Below are positions 48,351 to 59,531 of a stretch of 64,000 bases of DNA, piece after piece. This DNA is from Phyllosticta citribraziliensis (Eukaryota): NCBI RefSeq assembly GCF_038025025.1, contig NW_027117339.1, positions 2,232,001 to 2,296,000 on the forward strand, read 5' to 3'. The translations under genes and the position numbers were made by a program. Position 1 is the first letter of the stretch, and every line of letters starts with the position of its first letter. The notes below the pieces were generated by a model, which did not search any database, was not told the DNA's origin, and worked only from the letters and a program-made list of their open reading frames with translations.

Positions 48351-49290
48351 ATGACGCGGCTCTGCGCACAAATAAGTCTATTCACATTAGCAGTGTTGGC
48401 AACGCTTCTGCCCGAGGTAAGTCCTCCCTTTCAAAGCGGTAGCAAATCACTGATGAGTCCTAGATTTCAGCAGACCTGGCACACCCGAGACGTGGATCCG
48501 ATATCGTTCGAAGAACAGTAAATGGAAGAGCTCCGTATTTAATAAGAGCCAAAAACAACGCCACAGTGTAAGCATCATGAGGGCTGCTGAGCCGCGGAAG
48601 TCTCGACTGACCGGCCGTCAGAACACCAGCGGCACAACCAGTCGCCGCAGCCAAAAACTTTACTGTGACCCAAGTGGTGACCCAGCAGGTGAACCACACT
48701 TCTCAAACTCTCTAGTCGCAGAATTCCTTACACCAAGCAGTTGACGACAACGAATATTCAAATGATGACAATGACGGTAAGCAGACCGTGGTCATTTATG
48801 GAGCTTCCATTGATTTTGCTCCCAGGTCACTGTAACCCAGAATCCTCCTCCACCTCCTCCTCCAGCACCCACAACCGATCCTGCGGCTGCACCACCACAA
48901 CAAGGTCAAGGACAAGGTCAAGGACAAGGCTCACCACAACCACCCGCTCAACCACCTGCCAACGTGAGCGCCGCATCTGTCAGCGCGGCCTCTACGGCAC
49001 CACCTCAACCACCGCCTCAACAACAAGGCGGTGGAAAAGGGGGAGACCAAACACCAAATCAACAGCAACCTCCGCCGCCAGCAGCGCAGCAACCACCTCC
49101 TCCACCTCCCGCCTCGGCGGCCTCCGTCACAGCCGCGCAGGCTCCGTCGCCAGCCGCGGCACAACCGAACCCCACCGCCTCGCCTTCTGCGGCGGCTGCC
49201 CTCCCGCTCGACATCGATCCGGCCAATCTGGTCAGTGCGCTGACCTTTGGCCTGGGCAGGAGAGGAGCAGTGCCGGAGCCGACGGGGTAG
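48351..49290 (+). CDS. Secreted Pro/Gln/Ala/Thr-rich low-complexity protein, 245 aa; exons 48351-48416, 48464-48567, 48622-48688, 48741-48776, 48826-49290
   Basis: Signal-peptide-like MTRLCAQISLFTLAVLATLLPEISA; four GT-AG introns of 47-54 nt give one open frame ending in ORF 48964-49290. Confidence 0.72.
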
Positions 49291-49799
49291 GTGTGTTGGT
49301 TTCGGAAGGAGGTCAAGACTGTCGTTCCGATTCCGATTCTCGATTGTACGTACTTTAGCGGTGTTGTTTGGCTCTGATTAATGACGAGTCGCATTTTGTG
49401 GCGAGGTTCGTGTATCTACTTGGCCTTGTCTTCCTATCACTATCTCTATGCGGGTCTGCGCGGGCGTTGAAGGGGAACAGCCACGTGCTGCGCTGGTTCG
49501 GTGTGATTCGATTCATGGGCTGGATGATTTAATAGACCTATAACGCAGAGGGTCGTCCTGAAAGAATTGCAGTCGGTGCGCAGAGCGTTGGCCGCTACAA
49601 TTGATAATTTCTATTCCACTTTAATCAAGTCTTTATTGCCTCCATTCTATTTAAATTTCCACAATCTCGTTTATCATGAGCTTCTCTGGAAGTTTTCGCA
49701 TTTTTGACGAATTCAGGGGCATACAGAAAAGTTTCATCGCTACTTGTCAGCCCCGGCTTGCCTATTTCTTTCACGTTCCTATCCTGGACAAGGACAGCC

Positions 49800-49914
49800 A
49801 AAAAAAAAAAAAAAAAAAAAAAAAAAAGGAGAAGAAGATGATCATTTGGTAAGCTGCGGCTTCAATCTTTCTACGTTGGCATGGTGGTGCTTTTTTTTTT
49901 TTTTTTTTTTTTTT
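49800..49914. repeat. Poly(A)28 (49800-49827) and poly(T)24 (49891-49914) tracts
   Basis: Homopolymers counted directly. Confidence 0.95.
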
Positions 49915-52900
49915 GCCAGCATGGTTTCGGCTATGGCCAAGACTGAAGACTCCGACTTTCCAGGGTCGACTGAGGGACGAGATAGATCGAACGTTTTTGG
50001 TTGCGGAAGTCTGCGGTTTCCATCACTCTGTCGCGAGCGTACCTTCAGGCCAGTGCCCAGATCCAACAAGCCATGTGTACATCACCTCTACTCTGCGCAG
50101 AGAACCATCATCACCGAGTCGCGATGCCTCGGGTCATCAATCAGCGGTGTCTCCAAAAACTGAAAACGTGCGCACCAAGAGATACAGGAAGCTGTTGTCA
50201 AACGAGACCAAGAGCAGGTTTGCTCCAGAATCAAAAGACAAGAGCGGCGCTTCTAAAAACGCAGTGGACGTCGAGGCCAGAATCACTTTCACATGGTGCC
50301 CCTCCTTGTATGAATGCAAGGGCATTGGTCTGCCCTCACCAAAAAGAAAGCATCCAGTACACGCAACTTGGCAGGGTGTCCAACGCCTGAAACGGGGCAC
50401 TCGCGCATCGGACCGCGTACAGAGTAAAGTAGCTGTGCAAACGTCGCAGCTGGCTCCTCCATCCACCAACGCATATGCAGTGAGCGTTTCCGCGGGGATG
50501 GCTCATGTAGAGTCAAGTCAGACACTTGTCGGTACACATCAAGAGTCGAGACAAGTAAACCGACACCGGCTGGCGCTGCCTGCGGGACGACCATACCACG
50601 CGCTGCTGAAGTGGGAAGGTACGGCAAGAGGGGCCGAAACCCAACACACGCACACCAAAAAGCAGCCAGCCAGCATTTGTGGGGGGTGGGAGCTGAGAGA
50701 AAGGCGGCAAGGTTCTCGCATGTACATACATGTACATGTACATATGCATGTACTGCGCGCGCGTCTGGTGCAGACCGAACGTGCATGGGGGCCGGGCACA
50801 TACCTACCCAAGGTAGCCAGCAACCGCCGCGTCGGGGCAACCACCACGACAACGATGACGACGGTGACGTCTGTCTCGGCTGCTACCAGCGAGCCCGCCA
50901 GTCATCCTCTGTTCGGCGCATGCGAGCGGGCGGGAGTGCGTGCGTGCGTGCGTGGCCTTCTAGGCTGAATGGCTGGCTGGCTGGCTGGGTCAGGGGCTTC
51001 CTTGTGATGCCTGTCAGGGACGTCAGGGGAGCGAGCGGACAACTAACGGGTACAGTAAGTAGATAGGTATATTCGCGACAGGGGAAGTGGGCGGACAGCC
51101 GCTGGACGAGCGACGTCGAAAGAGGGATTAGGAAGCCGGGGTTGGTCAGGGGCTTCTGCGCCATTGGGCTGGGAACCTTTGTGCGCAAGACAGTGGTTGG
51201 TTGGCGCGGTAAGAATTGCAACGTGCCAGGTGTTATTGTGCAGCGCGAGCGGGTCGTGGTCGAAGTGCCAATCTATTGCCAACTGGCACCTCACAACCGC
51301 CAAAAAAATGCACTCATGTCCATCTCTCCAGCCCAGTTCCATCAGACAGAGCAAAGAACGGGAGTAAAGACAAGGTTCGTTCGTGCGCCCCTACCCATGT
51401 GGTTCAGGAACAGCGCACCAACCAAGGTACAGGCAAGGTAGACACCGAACCTGCCATCCGCGATTAAAGTTGGCGCTAATCGGCTTAGTGTCTAACCTTA
51501 GCACGACGTACCTACGGCATTGCCCACAACCACTCGCGATGTGGGAAAAAGGGAGTTTGAAAAGAGTTGCAACGCCAGTCGACGTTTGAGCACCCCAGTG
51601 TCGTCCGCACCCAGGGTGCTGTTGTGGCCATGTTTGAATTGCGCAGGGGTCTACACAGGGACAGACAGTGTGTGAGGTAGGATGGGATTGCTCCTCTCTC
51701 CTACTCTCAACTCCCATGTCTGCCGCACCATGACACGGCCGCATACGGCAGCGCCACTTCCAAACGCGGAAGCCGTTAATCAACGCCGAACATTGATGGC
51801 TTGCTCCACGATCGCTTCTACCCGCTTCGGGCACGTTGCATCGCGTCGCATTCTCAAACACGACGACGACTCACGATGCCCGCCAGCCTTTCAACGCGCC
51901 GTGGCGACGATGCCCGCCTGCTTGTTGGGTTGTGGTGTTTGAGACGATATTTCTGCGTCGATGGGAGGCATGTCTTTGTTCGAGGCTTTGTTCGAGGGTT
52001 TTTGTGTGCGAGTGCGCCTAGGTACATTCAGCGAATATACGCACAGAGTGGGATAGACACAGAGAAGTTTCCTGCTGCCGTGAAATCGAAGCAAACAAGC
52101 GACTCGATGATAACAACAACCCCCCATGGACGAGGAGGCTTTATACCCCCTCGACCAATTCGAGCAGCAGCACAAACCTATCCAACCCAATCCATGGGCC
52201 AGACCGTCCATCCAGAGCATCGCCAAGTCGGCACCAGCCGCCCTGATGATCATCACGACTATCACTACTGGCGACGACAACGGTACGTACCGTCCAAACG
52301 CACATCAATAGAGCGAATACGACGCGCCACAGGGCCAGACCAAACGGCGAAGATCACAGCGGCAGATGGGCAGGCGTTAGAGGCAAATCATCCTTCCCGC
52401 TGCCATCTGGATTCTGGACTGGATTCGACGTTTGATGGACAGATCCGCGCTGCCGCTCGCCCATCGGCTTGCGTCTTTGGCGACGATCATGGGTACGCGC
52501 GTAAAGCTGCGGTAGCGAGCGAGCTTTGGACCCTGAAAGGAGCGACGAGTAGGTGTAGGAAGCGGGTTGAGCACGTTCCGTAAATGTAGTCGGTGACAGA
52601 CGAAAGACTATGTTGGACCGCTGCCGGCAGGTAAGTGGCGTCGCGCGCAACAAGACGGCAGGTCAGGCACAAGCTGAGCTCTGCGCAACGACGAACAGGA
52701 GGACTGGAGCAAAGTGCATTCATTGTGTTCCAAGAGGGGCTCGATACACGCGCACAAGCTTTGCGGTAGCGCCGTCCGCTAGTGCGATTTGATGGGAGGG
52801 ATGCGAGCGAAACGTGGGTTGGGGGACTCGCGGAATGCAAGAGGGAGAGGGAGTTTCAACGAACCACTCTCGACGACACACCACCTTGCGTTGAACACTC

Positions 52901-54051
52901 TCATTCCGTCGCATGTGCTTCTCTCCGCCACGACGGTGGCCAAGATTGCTTGTATGCACAAGCTAGCAGTCCCAAGAATCCAGAAAACCAACGCCGTTCG
53001 ATTCGAGAATTTTTGAGCGACCATGGACAAATGGTCGCGTATGGGCATTGGGACGTAGCAGCTTGCACGAGCTACGGAGGCACAGCACAGCAAGTCGCTC
53101 ACTCGGAAATGCAACAGCAGGGATCGGCGATGCAGCAGAGGAATGCGATGCAGGTTTTCAGCCTTTTCTTCTTCCTCCCGTGTACAGACTCGAGGTGCAG
53201 CACAGCACGTCTGATTCAGCCAGAGCCGTTGCCAAAGCAGGCAGGCGCTGGTTCTCTTTGGGCGCTGCGATGACTCGGGAGAGCGACGGTTGACCCGCAA
53301 TATGCGTCCCAGAGAGGCATGCTTCACCGCGCCGGCCGGTTCGTCTCTTCTGCCACGCTGCACGCAGCCTTGTCCGAGCCAATCGGCATCCGTGCCTTGA
53401 GAGGGCCTCGATACGAGTCGCAAGCCTGCGCGCGTGCAGCTCGTAGGCCAAAATGAGAAGCGGTTTTTCCTTTCCCAGTTGCAAGCCCTTGCCCTTTCCC
53501 CCCTTTACCCCCCCGACCGGAAAAAAGCTTTGATGAGCTTTTCCTGCTGGGCCGCCAGCAGGAATTTGTCAATTGGACCTGCTAATGGGATCGGCGCGTG
53601 GGCAAGGCCAAGACATGGAGCGCCCGGGCGTAGTGGAGAAGGCCATGGTGTGTTTATCAAAACACGTCTAACCAACACGTCGGATCAGTCCGAACAATGA
53701 GCGCGAGCTAGCACGCACGGAGCACTCTATCGGCCTTGTTGGAGCCTGGCGTGACGGGCTCACATGTCGGACGTGCTGGCACGTCGTCGCCTGGCAAGCC
53801 AAGGTCCGCTCTCGCCGACAGGCGTCGGACAAGACGAGGCGTTGTGAAGTTTGTTTTGGCTGCACGTTTGTTGTTTTGGATGGTCGTGTACGGTAAGGCA
53901 CGCCTTGCCCTGCCCCTGTCTCTCCACAGCCATCCATGCGAGAATTTTCGAGTACCATTCCCGAGCATGAGCAATGGGGGAAAAATCCATTGTTTCTGCT
54001 TTTGGACACAACGGGCAGGGTATTGCTTAGTGCGTCACACGGGCATCAACC

Positions 54052-54073
54052 TTTTTTTTTTTTTTTTTTTTTT
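54052..54073. repeat. Poly(T)22 tract
   Basis: Homopolymer seen directly. Confidence 0.95.
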
Positions 54074-56444
54074 CTGAGCTTGCTGCGTCCAATGCATGTT
54101 GGCATTTCCACGACCCTCTGCTCCTCACCAACCACCAAACCCACCACCAACCGTGAGATCAGGCGGCTGTTCTATTTCCACAAGGCTGGCCGAATCACGA
54201 CATTCTGGGGCCGGCAGGCCTCGTCGTGTTTCCGAGATTTGTTCTCGAAGAAGCGAAGACGCGGTTGAAGCAACGCCATCCCTGTGACCGGTAGAGGCAG
54301 CGTGATGGAAAAGAAATTCCTGGTGGCGGCCTGAGAGAGAGGGTGAGCACGAGGGTATCATGAGGCGAAGAGGCAGTGGCGTCGTTTCCCTGCAGACGAC
54401 GACGCGTCCTGGCGACGGTGGCAGCGGCTTGTCCAAGTGCGGTCCCTGGACTGCTGGGGCGGGCGGGATGGCGGCGCGGGCGGCGGAACAACAAGCAACG
54501 AGATAGGGTAAAAGAATCTGATAAACGGGCAAAGCAGGATTGGGCGGACCGCGGCAGCACCGAGCGCATGGTTACAGCAGGGCAGCACAGGACAAGTAGA
54601 CTCCCTTCCCTGCTTGGCCAGTGGCAGCTCGTGCAGTGCCGGCGTGCAGACCTACCTACGGCAGGCGGGGGTGGGCGAGTCGTGGGAGCAAACGGGCCGG
54701 TCGGTCACGGGCGAGTCGAAGGAACCAATTGACAGAAGGAAGCGCAGCCGGCAGCCTCGCAGGAAAGGAAGGAGGAGCTTTGGGCACAAGCACCTTCCGG
54801 AACAAGCGGATTGTGGACTGGCAGCGTCCGCATCAAGCAAGCAGCATGAAGAGCAGCGGCGGGAGATCGGTCGGCTCCTCGTGGCGCTGGCGTGGGCCAG
54901 ATAGGCGAAACTGGGATGACGGTCGTGTAGAGGGCGAGAGGAGGGAACCATCAAGGTGAAGGCGTCGGCGTTGGCGGCGTTGGCGGCCAGGTGGAGTGGA
55001 ACCAGGACATTTTGCGCTGGCGGTGCTCCCATTCGTCAAGTCAGGTCAGGTCAGGGCGTGGTGTGCGTTCGGGTGGTGGCATCCAATGCAGCATCCATCG
55101 GGCGAGCGGCGGCCCACCGCGTCAAAGGCTCTAGTGAGCAAAGAGCATGGCGCGAGGGCCAAAGTGCTGGTGGTGCTGAGGAGGAGGAGGAGGAGGTGGT
55201 GGTGGTGGTGGTGGTGGAGGAAAAAAGAGGCGCAACGCAACGCACCGGGCAGCGGCTACTGCTAGGCTAGCAGGGCCCTGGGGCGTCGCCGACTCCACTC
55301 GCCCACCCGGCTGCATGCCGCTTGACCTGCCTGCGGATGGCGGTGGGCGGGCGCATGGGTGGAGCTGGGGATGGGGCATGACTCGGGGCCAATGGCGACT
55401 GCGAATGGTGACCAGCGTGCGTCTAGCGGCAGAAGAGGGGAGAGGGTCGAGAGAGAGTCAAGAAGAGTGGTTTGTTTGAGCCTCGCGCAGTGCGGACGGG
55501 TACATGTTGCTGGCTGCAGGGACCACAGGGATTCGGGATGTTGTTTTCCCAGAAGTACAGGCGACTCGTACAGCAAAGGCTCAAGTTGGGGGGCGATCGT
55601 CGAGGGTCGCGCGGAATCGGAGTCGTGGGTTCAGTTGGACAGTTGGAGTTGAGTCTGTGACGACATGTCGCTTTGGCAGTAGGCACGGTAGCGCCGAGGG
55701 TAAGCTTCCGGCAGCTCGCCCGCGCGCCCGGCGCATGTGGCGTCATGGTGCAGGCGGGCTTGGCTGAAAATGACGAACATGGCGACCGTGGGGCCGTCAG
55801 CAGCGACTGACAGCGACGACGGGACTCCCTCTGTCGCCGTCGAACGCTGTCTCTATGGCACTCTCGCGCTGGCTCTCTCCAGCTGGGCCCTCACACCGCC
55901 ATGGCCAGTGCAGCGAGCGTGGTGTGTGCAGCAGGACAGGGCCAGTCAAGGCAGGGCAGGGCAGGGCACGAAATGAGGCATCCCGGACCATGGACCTTGG
56001 CATTCCAGGGCTGGGCGCACGGGCGGCCATGGTATACCTGGCCTGGCGGTGCGGTGCGGTGCGGTGCGTGTGGACGACCTTGACCCCTGCTCTCGAGCTA
56101 AGAGATTGAGATTAAACGGCTCGTGACTGCTACCGGGGGCGGCGCCTCCATGATCAAACGCTGAACTGAGAGTCCAGGGGAGGGGGTTCCCAACGCATAG
56201 GGCCGAGTGCACACACAGCACTGCAGGTGGGCTTGTCAACGACGGGTGACTATGACACTGGTTTGGTTGATTGATGGATTGATTGATTGATTGATTGACG
56301 TTTGTCGAGAATCGCTCTCTCTTGAATTCCGCTCCTCTCTCTTCCTGGATGGATGCCCCATGACGGCGGGGCGCGGGCAGGGAGGTGATGGTGGAGGAGA
56401 GGCAGCCAGGCAGGCAGCCAGGCCATGGAGCCGACCAGGACAGG

Positions 56445-56471
56445 CCCCCCCCCCCCCCCCCCCCCCCCCCC
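56445..56471. repeat. Poly(C)27 tract upstream of flbC
   Basis: Homopolymer seen directly. Confidence 0.95.
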
Positions 56472-57304
56472 TCCTTCGGCTGCCGTGCGCTTGCACAGAC
56501 CATGGCAGCAGCAGGGTCCCCGCCCACTGGCACTGGCACTGGCTCCCTCTCGCCCAGTTCCGTTTTCCCTGCCCGCCGCGCTCGCTTGTGCTCGGTCCCT
56601 ACGATGTCATCAGCGACCTGCGACGACGTAAGAAATATGCTGCTGCAGCTGCTCCAAACTGCCCACCACCATCCATCCCAAACCCTCTCCTCTCTCTTTC
56701 TCCTCGACACGCCTCCGCCAGCTGTCCACCAATCTGCCTCTCGGCCCGCGCCAACCACTCTCCTACTTTATTCTCCATTTTCCTCTCCGAAATCCACGCT
56801 TCTGCCCCCTTCCTCTCCACCTGGCCGCCGCCGCCCTCGATCTGCGCTCGACTTGCCCTCTGCGTGTCCGTCTACCGTCAACCACCAACCACCGCTCGGC
56901 CTTGTCTTCGACCCTCAACCACACAAATCACTACTCTCTTTGTCCTCCGACGCCCATTCCCCACATTCAGGGCCTCTTCCTGAAACCTTGTCCAATCTCC
57001 AACGTCGTCATACCCGTCGCGCCGCTGCGTCCGCCCTCCACCTCCGTCTGCTGCCCCAGGATCCCGCTCCACCGCACCGCACCGTCAACGCTCAGGTCAC
57101 CACTGTCGCCAACCACCGCACCCTACTGCACCTCCACTGCACCTCCTTTGACACCTTTCAAAAGCTTCGCTGATCCCGCCCCTCCACTGCTGCTTGTGTC
57201 TGGCAACTCTTCTCCACGTTTCGCAAGCCTCCCTGGACCTGCGTTTCACCTTGCTACACCACAGCAACAACTCCATCCCTCTGTTTCTCAACCCTTACCT
57301 CGAC

Positions 57305-58522
57305 ATGGCAATGGCCGTCGACAACCGGCAGCAGCCCCAGGTCAACATGGGCTTCGACTCGATGCGCTATCCCGCTCCTCACTTCACCAACCCTTGGGTC
57401 TCTGCCCCCGCGCAACCTCCCCAGCTGTTTCCCACCACGTCTTCTCTTGGCTCCAACACCTCTGGCCTGGCCGCCACCGCCACCACTGCCCACCCGCAGG
57501 CTGCCCGCCCCACCGTCTCCATGCCCTACTCGAATCTCTCCGTCAGCGCCCCCACGTCTCTTGGAGCAGGTACTAGTCTCTCTGATGGCATGTACGCATC
57601 GCAAAACTCACTCCAATTGCCCCAAGATCTCATGACCTCGCGGCCATACGGAGCTTCATACGCGGCCTCGGCCTCGCCCACTGCGCCCACGTACGCTCCA
57701 ACATCGGCTCCTCAGTACTCCATGGACTACTCGACGGCTGCCACGGCCACTAGGCCGCCGCCAACCTACACCTACCAGCAGGACATGGCCCGCCGTTCCT
57801 CGCATCCGTCAGTACTCTCCTCCACCAGCTTCCTCAGCGCCCCGCCCGACCTCCAAAGGCACCGCCAGAGCTCCCTCACTGACTTTTCCAGGATGAACAC
57901 GGACCAGGCGCAGCGCACCAGCTTCAACGACGCTCTCGACGCCAGCCGGGGAATGGTCGCCATGAGCCAGGACATTACGCCCAGGAACATTTATGGCCAG
58001 AACCCCCGTAGCTCGGCCGATTCGTACGGATTCCCGGCAACTCACTCGGCCCACTCGTCCATTTCATCCGCCAGCACCTATCCATCATACTACAACGGGT
58101 CCGTAGCTGAATCCTCCGTAACCGACTACAGTTCCGCCTCCGAGTCTGTTGGTGACATGTCTTCAAGAACCCTTCCTAGGCCATCCGCGTTGGTTGGCAC
58201 CAGCCTCCCGCCGGCACCGCAATCCATGATGGGCCAATTCAGCTCCAAGGTGTCGTCGAGCACCCAAAAGAAGCACAAGTGCAAGGTCTGCGACAAGAGG
58301 TTCACCCGCCCGAGCTCGTTGCAGACGCACATGTACAGCCACACTGGCGAGAAGCGTAAGTTGGATCCTGCCTTTCCTATTCGCGTACACTTCTGACTCT
58401 GCACAGCTTTTGCCTGCGAGGTCGAGGGCTGCGGCCGCCACTTTTCCGTCGTGTCAAATCTCAGGAGACATCGCAAGGTCCACAAGGGCGAACGCGACCA
58501 ACCCTCTCCCGAAGAGTCGTGA
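57305..58522 (+). CDS. flbC: C2H2 zinc-finger developmental transcription factor FlbC; exons 57305-58355, 58407-58522
   Basis: N-terminus MAMAVDN...MGFD...HFTNPW; MMGQFSSKVSSSTQKKHKCKVCDKRFTRPSSLQTHMYSHTGEK-PFACEVEGCGRHFSVVSNLRRHRKVH matches the FlbC/FLE1 family. Confidence 0.88.
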
Positions 58523-59505
58523 CCACGGCTTCCAAATCACGTCGGGCTCGCCTAAACAGCACCTCGACTACGTTTGAGGCGTACAAAAGTTGCATCCCGC
58601 ATGGCCGCCGTTGTTGATGTTTGTTCTTTTGCTCAAAATGGTTGCAGTTTCTGTATTTCCAGTCGAGATATCCCGCCACGTTCCACTGCGCGCGTTGACC
58701 ATATCTGCGTTGTCTCGATTTTCCTCGACGCTGGAGAGAACACTTTTATCTTCTAGACAGTCGCTACTTATACCCCTGGTGTGGTTTTCCCCTTTTTTGG
58801 TCCTGTCTCTTTTTCTTGGCCCCAACCATCACGGCGATCCGTGTACAGGATGGCCGGCGTTCAGGCTGGAGTAGAGCACGGCGTTTCATGTCCAATTTCC
58901 TGTGCAGCGGGTTTTTGCAGACCTCTTCTCTTCAGCTTGTCATTGTATTAGTAGCTCCTCTTGTGGTCTGGGATATTTTTCTGTTTCCTTTTTTGGCTAT
59001 GGTTCCTGCGCACATGCAGTCTCTAGCTTCACGGCGGTCGCTCGTTTTTCGTGGCAGCCTTGGCGCTGCTGGGCCGGTATTTCCTTGTTTTCGATTTCCT
59101 TTGTGTCTTTACGCGGCAGTGTATCGCGCATTTCATTCGTCACCTTTCACATTGTTTGTACGATACGGGGAAAAGAGGTGGTTGCATGTTTTATAGGCCT
59201 ATACGGGGCTGGCTAACTACCCTTGGCGAAGGGAATGATGGAAAGCTTACAGTGTCAAGAGACGCGTTTATAACTAACTGGGGGGGGAAGAAGACGGCTG
59301 GGGAGAAGCCGCAACACTATTGGCCGAAGGGAACGTCAAACACCTGTTGTACTGTGTAAGCTCATCACGACGCTCGCTTATTCGTAATATAATGCAAGAA
59401 GATACCATGAACAATAATTCTCGACTGTTTCAGCGTCTACAACGACGGCAGTAGAAGCAAAGCAATGCACACGTAAAAGGAGAGTGAAAATCCACCAAAC
59501 CCAAA

Positions 59506-59531
59506 CCCCCCCCCCCCCCCCCCCCCCCCCC
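59506..59531. repeat. Poly(C)26 tract downstream of flbC
   Basis: Homopolymer seen directly. Confidence 0.95.

Noticed and set aside
49744..56983. Long ORFs in the flbC upstream desert (e.g. 49913-50968, 55946-56758)
   Set aside because: Low-complexity Arg/Ala/Pro frames crossing homopolymers and microsatellites; no domain signatures.
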